From a bacterium (GTDB taxonomy: Bacteria; Patescibacteriota; Minisyncoccia; UBA6257; UBA9933): a stretch of DNA of 38,106 nucleotides. This document shows positions 14,234 through 22,717 of the stretch, piece by piece (within the stretch, counting starts at the first letter, position 1; every line of letters starts with the position of its first letter). The DNA is taken from the NCBI GenBank assembly GCA_021791445.1, contig JAJYWO010000014.1:1-38106 (forward strand). Reading direction: 5' to 3'. The notes beneath the pieces are model-generated. The model was not told where the DNA came from, ran no database searches, and saw nothing but the letters and a program-made list of their open reading frames with translations. Made by a program: the position numbers and the translations under genes.

Positions 14234-15172
14234 TTAAATTGAATAATGAATATGATCCGCTTTATCACAAGAAACTTTATCTCCTCCTTTATCGCAAAAA
14301 GCATTAAAACCAGCTTTAACAAGATCTTTTACAACATCTTCTCTTTGCGAAACTGGGACATCCATATCCATTGCTTTCCCTTTATAATGTAAAGAATTTG
14401 GCGTATGTTTACCGGTTGTAATTGAATTAATGGTTATCGGATATTTTTGGCTTAAATTTTTAGTTATTTGAAGTAAACTTGTATTTACTGCTACTGGATC
14501 ATTACAATTACAACTGCTACTACAAGCAGTAGCTACACCATCTCTGGCTAATTGACTTATTGAACGTTTTGCATCAAAACCAGTACAATCAGCATTTGTG
14601 CTAAATTTTATTTTTCCGCTATCAATGATTTCGCGAGATAATTCTTTATTTTTCTGAGCTTGTTCAGTTTTTGTAAGAGCATAAAGCTCAGGAATTTTAT
14701 CAATAGGTATTGTTGAATTTGGTTGAATTCCAACTTTTGAATTTTCAATTTTCGCTCCATCTAATTTCGGCTCCTCCAAACTCGTCAATTTCGGATTTAT
14801 CGTCCGCAAGAGAAGATTGGCGCCGAGCAGAAGAACCAAGCCCCAAACTGCGCCGGTAATCCATTGAATGGCGTCTGATTGCGCCGAAGGATTGCCCGCG
14901 GAAACCGCGTATTTTATGCCTCCGTAAATTATGGCTCCCAAAGCGGTTACACCGACTAAGGCTAGGGCGTACTTGTAAAATTTACCCACCAAATCGCCGA
15001 TATTTGTATTTTTTTCTCCGCACCATGGATATTGCTGGTCGCAGGAAATGTTGGATTGAGCAGGCTCCGCCGCATTTACCGCGCCAGAACTCAAAACAAA
15101 CCCCATTAAAATAATTCCCACAATACCCATCAACCCTATAAATCCTATTAAGCTGTTTATTTTTTTATTCAT
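14234..15172 (-). CDS. VirB2/TrbC-type T4SS pilin-like domain fused to an M15/LAS zinc peptidase (peptidoglycan hydrolase) domain
   Basis: Signal peptide, then two TM helices joined by a short loop (ALALVGVTALGAIIYGGIKYAVSAGNPSAQSDAIQWITGAVWGLVLLLGANLLLRTINP), which is the VirB2/TrbC hairpin topology. The C-terminal domain carries S-x-H-x-x-G-x-A-x-D (SLHYKGKAMD, about 14361-14400) and H-x-H (DHIHY, 14234-14260), the LAS / peptidase M15 zinc-ligand motifs. Confidence 0.65.
   Translation of the reverse strand: MNKKINSLIGFIGLMGIVGIILMGFVLSSGAVNAAEPAQSNISCDQQYPWCGEKNTNIGDLVGKFYKYALALVGVTALGAIIYGGIKYAVSAGNPSAQSDAIQWITGAVWGLVLLLGANLLLRTINPKLTSLEEPKLDGAKIENSKVGIQPNSTIPIDKIPELYALTKTEQAQKNKELSREIIDSGKIKFSTNADCTGFDAKRSISQLARDGVATACSSSCNCNDPVAVNTSLLQITKNLSQKYPITINSITTGKHTPNSLHYKGKAMDMDVPVSQREDVVKDLVKAGFNAFCDKGGDKVSCDKADHIHYSI
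15117..15152. repeat. 9-nt periodic tract encoding the signal-peptide region LIGFIGLMGIVGI
   Basis: Plus-strand units are CCCACAATA CCCATCAAC CCTATAAAT CCTATTAAG. It belongs to the same family as 15806-15868. Confidence 0.6.
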
Positions 15173-15174
15173 AT

Positions 15175-15876
15175 CTATCTAACTTCCAATTTAGCGTTCC
15201 CGCTCGCGAACTCAAATTCATCCGCCAGATTTTTAATCACTGCTTGAATGTTTATCCCAAATTCCGACGGCGCCAATTTGTCTATGTTTAACCTTAATAT
15301 ATCCGCGCTAATGGAAGAGCTTTCCGCCGGCCGGCCGTTCACCGTCCAATCAAAAGACAAATTGCTCAAATCCCTGATATCAAAAAAATACGGATACGCC
15401 TTGAACATATCAATTCCGCTCGGCAATCGGCCGTTGGAATACGGAGCGTCAATCACCACTTCCGGACTCACCAAAGGAATGGTGATGATTTTGCCGATTT
15501 GTTGGTCTCCGTAATCAACAATTACAACTTGCACAATAATGTTCTCTCTCGCTAAATCGTCAACGCCGAAATAAAAATTTTTTATTCCCAAGCCGTCATC
15601 CTCGTTTCTCCGCAAATCGTCGTTCACGTACCAACGGACTTTGTTTTTGGACAAATCAACGATTTTGCCGCCATCAATCAAATCAAAAGAAACATCCACC
15701 CAGCTTCCCCGCGTTGCCAAAATTTTTCCCGCGTACCACGACGGCGCATAATTATGCGACCGCCAGGTAACCAAAAACTGCGGCTGATTGACAACCTGCG
15801 CGTTTCCTATTTGTCCTATAAGCCCCATAAAACTTATAAGTCCTATGAGTCCTATTTGTCCCATTCGCTTTTTCAT
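15175..15876 (-). CDS. Secreted protein of unknown function (T4SS-like cluster member)
   Basis: Signal-like N-terminus MGQIGLIGLISFMGLIGQIGNAQ followed by a beta-rich domain. Gaps to both neighbouring genes are 2-12 nt. Confidence 0.55.
   Translation of the reverse strand: MKKRMGQIGLIGLISFMGLIGQIGNAQVVNQPQFLVTWRSHNYAPSWYAGKILATRGSWVDVSFDLIDGGKIVDLSKNKVRWYVNDDLRRNEDDGLGIKNFYFGVDDLARENIIVQVVIVDYGDQQIGKIITIPLVSPEVVIDAPYSNGRLPSGIDMFKAYPYFFDIRDLSNLSFDWTVNGRPAESSSISADILRLNIDKLAPSEFGINIQAVIKNLADEFEFASGNAKLEVR
15806..15868. repeat. Seven 9-nt units (CCTATTTGT CCTATAAGC CCCATAAAA CTTATAAGT CCTATGAGT CCTATTTGT CCCATTCGC) encoding GQIGLIGLISFMGLIGQIG
   Basis: Read directly. The GGnCTnATA sense of the repeat is on the coding (minus) strand here. 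Confidence 0.8.
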
Positions 15877-15888
15877 TTTATTATTTTA

Positions 15889-16167
15889 TCAAACTTTATT
15901 GGTTAAATAAATCGTTATATTCATTCCAATGGTTTTAATCGGCAACGCGCCCACATAAGGAATGAATTCCACGGCGCTGGCAATTAAATCCGCGCTAGCT
16001 TTCGCGCCTTTCATCCTGAAATAAAACTGCGTTACCGGAGCGGTCAATAAATCTATAATCCCGAAATCGTCCAACCCGACAAAAACCAACAATAAACCGA
16101 GCGAATCAAGCGGCACAACATACAAATTCAACATAATTATCTCCGGCAATGAGATTTTTTTATCCAT
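15889..16167 (-). CDS. Small membrane protein, unknown function
   Basis: 92 aa with two hydrophobic segments, located between the VirB4-like gene and the secreted-protein genes. Confidence 0.5.
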   Translation of the reverse strand: MDKKISLPEIIMLNLYVVPLDSLGLLLVFVGLDDFGIIDLLTAPVTQFYFRMKGAKASADLIASAVEFIPYVGALPIKTIGMNITIYLTNKV

Positions 16168-16191
16168 AATTATGAGATGCTAATAAATTAT

Positions 16192-16236
16192 ATTCGTATT
16201 TATTGGTATAATTCGTATGCATTCGTATATTGGTAT
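16192..16236. repeat. Five ATT(C/G)GTAT units at roughly 9-10-nt spacing in the spacer downstream of virB4
   Basis: ATTCGTAT at 16192, ATTGGTAT at 16202, ATTCGTAT at 16211, ATTCGTAT at 16221 and ATTGGTAT at 16229. The tract is non-coding apart from an overlap with the virB4 stop codon. Confidence 0.7.
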
Positions 16237-17980
16237 CACATATTTTCCTGTTCCAACAATTCTTCCGGATTCGTCGTAATAATCTTATTTTCAAAATACG
16301 ACGCCAAAACCGCGATCGCCACGTGATTCAAACCCGCGAAAAACAATCCCTCGCCCACATTGGCTTCCACAAGCAAACTTTTTTCCGCTTCCGAAAGCGC
16401 GAAGGTTTTTTCCAAAGTCGGAATTGACGCCGGCGCCTGTTTCAAAAGAAGCTGAATTGACGAGTTGGTGATAATCGGCCGTCCATAAGGAGATTCCAGA
16501 AAGTCTTCCACGTTTTGGGTGATAGTCGTAACGCCCAAAAAGTATTTGCGGCATCGCTTCACCAAACTGAAAAGAAATGACGCGCTGTCCGGATATTTCA
16601 TCAGCCACCACGCCTCGTCAATTACCATAATTCTTTTCTTGAATTCCGCGCGAATCAAATTCCAGACGAAATTAAGCACGATATAAACCGCGATGGGCCG
16701 CAATTCCTCTTCCAAATCGCGGACTGAAAAAACAATCAAGCGGTTTTTAATGTCCACATTGGTCGGCCGATTGGTGAATCCAGCGTAAGTGCCTTTGGTG
16801 AATTTATAAAGCCGTTCCGCCATATTCCTGCCGCCTTCCATATTCATCAAAACCGATTCCAAATCTTCCAAAAGCGGCGGCTGCAAGCCGGTGAAATCTT
16901 TTGTTTCCGCGGTGATGCCGCGCGAAGCGTATGTTTCCGTAATGGCCCGGTCTAAAATCGCGTCCTCTTCCGGCGTGATTCCTTTCAACATTAATTTCAG
17001 CAGTCCGACCAAATTCAAAATATGGGATTTGAAAACATCCGCCGGCTCTTCGCCTTTCGGCACAATGGGAATTTCAAACGGATTGATTGTGCTTTCCGAT
17101 GTCAGAGAAATTTTGAAAAAACTTCCGGCCACCGTGTTCGCCAATCTTTCGTATTCGTTTTCCGGGTCAATCACCAAAACATCCGTACCCATTGCCAATG
17201 AACGCAAAATTTCCAATTTCACGGCGTAAGATTTTCCGGCGCCGGATCTGGCGAAAACAACCGAATTGGCGTTTTCCAAAGAAAACCGGTCAAACACGAT
17301 TAAAGTGTTATTGTGCCGGTTAACGCCGTACAAAATTCCTTCCTCGGAAGTAAGATTTGTTGAAACGAACGGAAAAATGGACGACGCCGGTCCGGAGTTA
17401 AGCGGTGTCCAAGTCGTCAATTTGTCCAATCCCAGCGGCAAAACCGAAGTGAATCCTTCTATTTGCTGAAAAACCGCGGGCTTGGCGTAAATCAACTGGG
17501 CTTCAAAAATCGCGTTTATTTTTTCTTCAATTTTGAAAAGTTCGTCCAAAGAATCCGTCTGCAAGGTAATATAATGCCGATATTGAACATTTTTTCCCTG
17601 CCTTGTTGGAGAGTGTCGCGCAAAGTTTCAATGTCCTGAAAAGCGGTTTCCAGCATCGGATCGCGCACTAACCCCTTTTCCTCGCGTTCCAAAAGCTGGG
17701 CTTCAATCTGCGAAGTTTTTTTACGCAAACTTTTCATCGCCGAAACCGTATTGACCGGATGGGCGAATATGGAAACATCCATCACTTCCGGAAGATTGAC
17801 TATTTGATTGAACCAGCCGGATGACAAATACCGCGGATAAGTGAAAATGAAAATCGTTTTCACGAATTTATCGCCGAGCTTAAGGTAAGCCGGCGCGTTT
17901 TCAATCGCCGCCGGCGCAATGACGTTTTTAATATCTTTTTCCGACGGCGTATAAGGTTGTGGAACTTTAATTTTTTCCAT
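16236..17980 (-). pseudogene. virB4: VirB4/TrbE-type T4SS ATPase (middle and C-terminal parts) interrupted by a frameshift near 17561-17578
   Basis: ORF 17516-17980 ends ...QQGREKMFNIGI and then runs out of frame. ORF 16236-17564 continues ITLQTDSLDEL... in the other frame. It carries Walker A FARSGAGKSY and Walker B IMVIDEAWWL. Adding one nt in GGCATT|ATATTACC would restore NIGIYITLQTD. Confidence 0.75.
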
Positions 17981-18620
17981 CTTGGGCTATTTTTAGTTTT
18001 TTCCTTTCAATTTTCGCGGGATTGTAATAATTATAAAACAGTTCTATCAGTTCTTCATTGTTTAAAGCCACGGCGCGCAAGCCGATTTGGTTCAATCCGC
18101 TTATCACTTGATCGGTTCTCTGGTCTAATTGCGTTAATTTTTGTTCCGTTCCCTCTTCTTCTTTTTTTGTTTTTTTCTTTTCCCAAAATTTCAAACCGGA
18201 AAGCAAATCCGCGGCCGCTCCGGCAATTTGAATCGGGTCGTAAGGAACGACCGCGAAAAAAGTTTTCGCCATCACCGCGTTCTGCTCAACGAACGATTTG
18301 ATAAATTCCGAATATTCTGAAATTTGGTTCCTTAAAAGCTCGTTTTCTTCCTGTTCTTCCCTGTTTTTCAAATTTTCAAGATAAGCGTCTATATTCATTT
18401 TGCGCGAATGAATGACAAATTGCATGGAAAAATCCAAAGTGTTGAGAAAATTCTGAAAAGCGTAAAGGACGATATTCTGCTCTTCTTCGGATTTTAAATC
18501 AAAATTTATTCCGGAAACCATCAAAACGCGGCGCATTCCGCCGTTTTTCAGAAAAACTATTCCGTTTTTTATTTCGGCGATGTCAACAAACTGCTGAGTC
18601 GCCACGCTTTGCTCTTTCAT
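17967..18620 (-). CDS. VirB4 N-terminal-domain-like protein (separate ORF overlapping the next virB4 segment by 14 nt)
   Basis: ATQQFVDIAEIKNGIVFLKNGGMRRVLMVSGINFDLKSEEEQ ... LNNEELIELFYNYYNP resembles the N-terminal region of monoderm-type VirB4 proteins. The three ORFs together total about 800 aa, the usual VirB4 size. The junction contains an A6 run (17971-17976). Confidence 0.55.
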   Translation of the reverse strand: MKEQSVATQQFVDIAEIKNGIVFLKNGGMRRVLMVSGINFDLKSEEEQNIVLYAFQNFLNTLDFSMQFVIHSRKMNIDAYLENLKNREEQEENELLRNQISEYSEFIKSFVEQNAVMAKTFFAVVPYDPIQIAGAAADLLSGLKFWEKKKTKKEEEGTEQKLTQLDQRTDQVISGLNQIGLRAVALNNEELIELFYNYYNPAKIERKKLKIAQDGKN

Positions 18621-18631
18621 AAAATTTTATT

Positions 18632-18667
18632 AGTCCCGTTGGACTCATTTTTCTCATTGGTCTCATT
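18632..18667. repeat. Non-coding copy of the 9-nt periodic repeat (AGTCCCGTT GGACTCATT TTTCTCATT GGTCTCATT)
   Basis: CTCATT recurs at 18644, 18653 and 18662. The tract lies in the 51-nt spacer between the PrgI-like gene and the virB4 N-terminal ORF. Confidence 0.75.
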
Positions 18668-18671
18668 AATT

Positions 18672-19196
18672 CTACCTGTAATCCACCCGTCTCGCAACTT
18701 GTCTTTCTCCGGTTATTTTTCTGAATGCCGAAAATCTTTCTTTCGCTGTCGCCCGCGCCCCGAAAATCGGCAACGCTTTTTCCCTCTTGCTTATCGGCTC
18801 CTTGCTGGTCATCAAATCCGTCCAAAGTTTTTTTACGCTCGGCATTTTTCTGAAATATTCTTTGGCGCTTTTTTTCGGCGCCGCCGGCATTCCCGGAATT
18901 TCTAAAATTCTTTCTTCTTCCTCCCTTTTCCAAATATAAAGCTTCGGCTTCCAAAAAAATCCGAAAGCGTAAAGAATGATTTTCGGCAGCGACTGGCCGT
19001 TATATTTGATGAAAGCCAGTGCCGCGGCAATCGCCAAACAAACAGCGGTGATTAAAAACCAAAGAAAAGTCTGAAAAAGAAAAAAAGTAATAAAACTCAC
19101 GCCGCCCGCGGCCGCCAAATACAAAAACTGCTTCATCGTCAACGGCCCGACAATCTTGTTTTCAACGTCTATAAATTGAGGAATTTGAAATTGCAT
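18672..19196 (-). CDS. PrgI/VirB3-like small membrane protein
   Basis: The N-terminus MQFQIPQFIDVENKIVGPLTMKQFLYLAAAGG followed by two TM helices matches the PrgI-family pattern. The gene sits immediately upstream of virB4, as VirB3/PrgI genes do. Confidence 0.6.
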   Translation of the reverse strand: MQFQIPQFIDVENKIVGPLTMKQFLYLAAAGGVSFITFFLFQTFLWFLITAVCLAIAAALAFIKYNGQSLPKIILYAFGFFWKPKLYIWKREEEERILEIPGMPAAPKKSAKEYFRKMPSVKKLWTDLMTSKEPISKREKALPIFGARATAKERFSAFRKITGERQVARRVDYR

Positions 19197-19202
19197 GGTG
19201 TC

Positions 19203-20624
19203 CTATATTTCTTTTCCCTTGCTTTCATTTTCTATAACGGAAATTTCTGTTGGAGTTTCTTCTGTCGCGGCCTGTTCTCTTTGAAATTCTATATTCTTAT
19301 TCCTTTTAAACTTCAAAAATTTTCTAAAGAAACTTTCTTTTTTCGGAATTTCTTCCGTTTTTTCTTCTGCCGGCGCTTCTTCTTTTGGTTCTCCTTTAAA
19401 TTCTTCCTCCGCGATTATCTTTGGCGCCTCTTCTGCCATATTAATTACATTTATCTCATTGGTCTTATCAATCCCATCAGACACATCTATCTTATCAGCC
19501 ATATCGGTCTTATTAGATGCATTAGACTCATCAATCTGAATTTCTCCCATTGCTTCCTCTTTCGGCGCTTCCGGCGCTTCCGTAAAATCCACCACTTTCA
19601 CCGTCGGCTTAAACGCCTGAAATATATTTTTAAAAAATAATTTCGGCTTTGATTCCGCTTTTCCCGGCTCATTGGCCTCATTCATCTCATTAATCTCATT
19701 GATCTCATTGGTCTTATTCGTCTCATCACCTATCGGCGTGCTCAACGCCGAATCGTAATGCACCACCCTATCAATCTCATCAACCCCATTAGTCGCATTG
19801 ATCCTATTAGTCTTATTGGTCTCACCCAGACGCCCGAAGGGGGTCGGGGCTCCGACCGAAACGTCGGAGTTAATCTTATCAATCTGAATTTCTCCCGCCA
19901 CCGACGCCGCTTCTTTTTTCACTGCGCCTTCTTTGCCGTTTAAAAATCCGAATAATTCGCCGAGTGATTTCTTTTTCGCTTCTTCAAATATCGGCCTAAT
20001 TTCCTCCTCTTCGTGCAAAACCACCGGCCCTTCGGGCATTACCGGCGCAATCGGCTCGGGTTGTTTTGAAATTTCCGGTTTTGGAATTTCCGCGATTTTT
20101 TCCGGTTCCGCGCCCGGAATTACGAGTTTTTCCTCGCCGCCGCTGGCGACAATTCTCATTGGCTCCACTTCCGCGGGCTGGGCATATTTTACTTCCCGAG
20201 TGATTTTTACGCCTCCGGTTTCACGGCGAATATCCGTCACCACCGACTCTGTTATTTCTCCGCCCTCCGCTTCTTCAATTTCTTCTTCCTCGCCGGATAT
20301 GGGTAACGCATACGCCTTGTCAATTTCGCTTTTAATCGGACTGAAAATTTTTCGCTCAACTTCTTTGGCGATAATATCCGCAACTTCCAAATGAAGACCA
20401 ACGTTTTCTTTAATTTCTTTCACCAAATCTTCTTGATGTAAAAGACCCATAATAACAAAACCACATAGCCTAGCAATTTTCCCTATTTTTTCATCTGTTA
20501 AATGATTAGCCTCACAAACATCCCAAATTATTTTTCCGCGATCTGGAGAACATAAAATTTCCCGCAAATTAATCGGTAAAATATCCCATCTATTATCAAG
20601 TTGTTGTTTGGTAAATTGAATCAT
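19203..20624 (-). CDS. Acidic, repeat-rich protein with a compact N-terminal domain; unknown function
   Basis: An ordered-looking N-terminal region of about 100 aa is followed by E/K/P-rich low-complexity sequence with x-(N/D)-x tripeptide tracts (TNKTNEINEINEMNEANE). An internal duplication is visible (GEIQIDK / GEIQIDE). Confidence 0.55.
   Translation of the reverse strand: MIQFTKQQLDNRWDILPINLREILCSPDRGKIIWDVCEANHLTDEKIGKIARLCGFVIMGLLHQEDLVKEIKENVGLHLEVADIIAKEVERKIFSPIKSEIDKAYALPISGEEEEIEEAEGGEITESVVTDIRRETGGVKITREVKYAQPAEVEPMRIVASGGEEKLVIPGAEPEKIAEIPKPEISKQPEPIAPVMPEGPVVLHEEEEIRPIFEEAKKKSLGELFGFLNGKEGAVKKEAASVAGEIQIDKINSDVSVGAPTPFGRLGETNKTNRINATNGVDEIDRVVHYDSALSTPIGDETNKTNEINEINEMNEANEPGKAESKPKLFFKNIFQAFKPTVKVVDFTEAPEAPKEEAMGEIQIDESNASNKTDMADKIDVSDGIDKTNEINVINMAEEAPKIIAEEEFKGEPKEEAPAEEKTEEIPKKESFFRKFLKFKRNKNIEFQREQAATEETPTEISVIENESKGKEI
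19434..19532. repeat. 9-nt periodic array A (11 units, e.g. GGTCTTATC, GGTCTTATT, AGACTCATC)
   Basis: Read directly. The GGnCTnAT sense is on the plus strand, which is antisense to the gene. Confidence 0.8.
19665..19727. repeat. 9-nt periodic array B (7 units NNNCTCATT)
   Basis: CGGCTCATT GGCCTCATT CATCTCATT AATCTCATT GATCTCATT GGTCTTATT CGTCTCATC. Confidence 0.85.
19764..19826. repeat. 9-nt periodic array C (7 units)
   Basis: CACCCTATC AATCTCATC AACCCCATT AGTCGCATT GATCCTATT AGTCTTATT GGTCTCACC. Confidence 0.8.
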
Positions 20625-20627
20625 AGT

Positions 20628-22712
20628 TTAAGGCGTTGAGGGTGGCGGAGTTGTTCCCGCTATTGGCGCTTCTGACGAAAAACCCATTGCATAATTAGAC
20701 ATTGTTTTGTTCCATGCATCATTTACTTCTTGCAATGTCACTCTTCTGTTATTTCTATTCATCCATTCATTTGGCAACGTTAAAATTTGATCTTCATAAT
20801 GTTGTGAAAAAATAGCTCGTTCCTTTGCGCTCATTGTTGGTATTATTTTGGGCACCATTTGATGATTTTCCATAGCAAACGTTTTAGCAAATTGCGCTCC
20901 CAATTTATTTACACTGTCTTGTGATAATCCAAGTTTGGCTTTCCCACCATACAAATCTTTAATCGCGGACGCTTCAATATCTTTGCCTTTATATGTGGCA
21001 GTAAATTCTCTAACTAAGTCTTCTGACGCCTCGCCTGTGTCTCTTAATTGTTTTGCCATTTTTATATTCATTTTCGCCCCATGTTCAACATCTCCCCATG
21101 ATACACCCTGCCTAAATCTTCCAAATAAAGCTTGACTTTCATCAGTAATAAGATTTTTTGCATCAACATCACCAAGTAATTTTCTTTTTTGTAATTCTTT
21201 TGTAGCGGCTATTTTACGAGGACCGCTGACCGTTAAAACAGACGCCTTCAAATCGGCATCGCTCATATTCGCAACTGATTTTGCATGTTGTTTTAATATA
21301 TTTTCTCCGCCAGCTGTTTCTAAACGAGTTATTCCTCTAGCTGCATATCCAAGTGTATGACGACCAATCCAACCTGTTTTAGAGGCCCACTCCACTGCTT
21401 TTTCCCCAACTGATTTTTCCTCTCCCTTTTTACCAAACCATTTTGTTCTAAGTGGAGCCGTGCCAAGTTGTAATCCCCTTCTCCCCGCCCAGGCGCCGGC
21501 GCCCTTGCCTGCTTTTGAAGCCAAATTCATCGCCACATTAGCGCCGGCAATACCCATTGAATTCGCAGCCATTAATCCACCCCACAATATTCCCATTACA
21601 ACTACTAAATTACCCATTTTCATAAAATCAAATTCCAATCCTTTTTGTTTTTTTGCCATATTATCTATAAAAATTTGATGCCCATCAGGTGATATGGGAT
21701 CACCAACAACGGGATTGCCCAAAGAAACAATCGTCAAAATCATGAAAAACATCATAACTGGCGCGAAAAAAGTCCAACGCAAAAAATTATCCCACCATTT
21801 TTTCCAATATAAACTAGTGGATGGGAAAATCCATAATAACCAAACAATTGGAGATAAGACTAAAAGAATTCCCAAAAAAACATATCTTACAAATAACATT
21901 ATTGCTATTGCTAAATAAGTAAGAGCTGCTAAAAAAGTAAAAATGACGACAAAAATAAAACTAGACACTAAAAGCAACAAGCCCTCAGAGCTTGATGCCT
22001 TGCCAGTAATCATTTCCAATATGCTTTTATTATTTCCCCAAGCAGATCTTTCTGCGCCTAGATTAGTTCCAAACAATAAATTAATAGGAGCATTAACTAT
22101 ATCTACGCCCTTAAGTAGAACTCTTGAATATGCTTCTGCTCCTGTAGTCGTAGCAACATTTCCTGAATTAGTAAATGGATCATTTAAGGTCTGGATTTTT
22201 AATAAACCTGTTAATTTATCCGACATAGGAACATTATTAAGATAATTATTAAAATTATCTGTAACAAGATCTGACACACTAATAAACGCTCCGGCAATCA
22301 CCAAGCTAAAATTCACCAAAAGCGCGGCAACAATTAATTTCCAAAGAGTTTGTTTTATAGCATAGTTTTCTAAACGCAAAATAGTGGCAAAAGCAATGAC
22401 AATAATCCCCAAAACAAAACCGAGATTGGTAAAATTAAGAATAAATTTCCAACCATTTTTAACTATTGGACTAATAAGAAGTAAACTATTTAATCTAAGG
22501 GCTAAATCAACTAGACTAGCGCAGAATGTAAAAAAAGCGCTCGCAATTTTTCCAAATAAATATGACAATGCAAGTGTTGATTGATAAACTGCAACAGAAG
22601 TTATTTCGCCTATTAATTCCGCATGAATTTTTGTCGGCACTCCGCCCGCAACCAAAACCCCCGCTAAAACGGCAGAATAAAACAAAAATTTATTTTTACT
22701 TGAAATTTTCAT
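20628..22712 (-). CDS. VirB6/TrbL-like polytopic membrane protein with a large C-terminal soluble domain
   Basis: The N-terminal ~430 aa contain many hydrophobic helices and the C-terminal ~280 aa are hydrophilic. Its position in the PrgI-VirB4 cluster supports the call. I placed the start at the Met at 22712 (MKISSKNKF...), 5 nt after the upstream stop; the ORF track extends to 22757. Confidence 0.5.
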   Translation of the reverse strand: MKISSKNKFLFYSAVLAGVLVAGGVPTKIHAELIGEITSVAVYQSTLALSYLFGKIASAFFTFCASLVDLALRLNSLLLISPIVKNGWKFILNFTNLGFVLGIIVIAFATILRLENYAIKQTLWKLIVAALLVNFSLVIAGAFISVSDLVTDNFNNYLNNVPMSDKLTGLLKIQTLNDPFTNSGNVATTTGAEAYSRVLLKGVDIVNAPINLLFGTNLGAERSAWGNNKSILEMITGKASSSEGLLLLVSSFIFVVIFTFLAALTYLAIAIMLFVRYVFLGILLVLSPIVWLLWIFPSTSLYWKKWWDNFLRWTFFAPVMMFFMILTIVSLGNPVVGDPISPDGHQIFIDNMAKKQKGLEFDFMKMGNLVVVMGILWGGLMAANSMGIAGANVAMNLASKAGKGAGAWAGRRGLQLGTAPLRTKWFGKKGEEKSVGEKAVEWASKTGWIGRHTLGYAARGITRLETAGGENILKQHAKSVANMSDADLKASVLTVSGPRKIAATKELQKRKLLGDVDAKNLITDESQALFGRFRQGVSWGDVEHGAKMNIKMAKQLRDTGEASEDLVREFTATYKGKDIEASAIKDLYGGKAKLGLSQDSVNKLGAQFAKTFAMENHQMVPKIIPTMSAKERAIFSQHYEDQILTLPNEWMNRNNRRVTLQEVNDAWNKTMSNYAMGFSSEAPIAGTTPPPSTP

Positions 22713-22717
22713 TATTT

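Noticed and set aside
19434-19826. The short tandem arrays as a possible CRISPR locus
   Set aside because: The units are 9 nt with no spacers, whereas CRISPR arrays have 25-40-nt repeats separated by unique spacers. The arrays lie inside a continuous ORF, and no cas genes are present.
19176-20394. Plus-strand ORFs (154, 61 and 153 aa) with LIGLI-like or Ser-rich sequence antisense to the 473-aa gene
   Set aside because: They are by-products of the 9-nt repeat arrays read on the other strand. They are interrupted and overlap a longer, continuous minus-strand ORF that fits the operon spacing.
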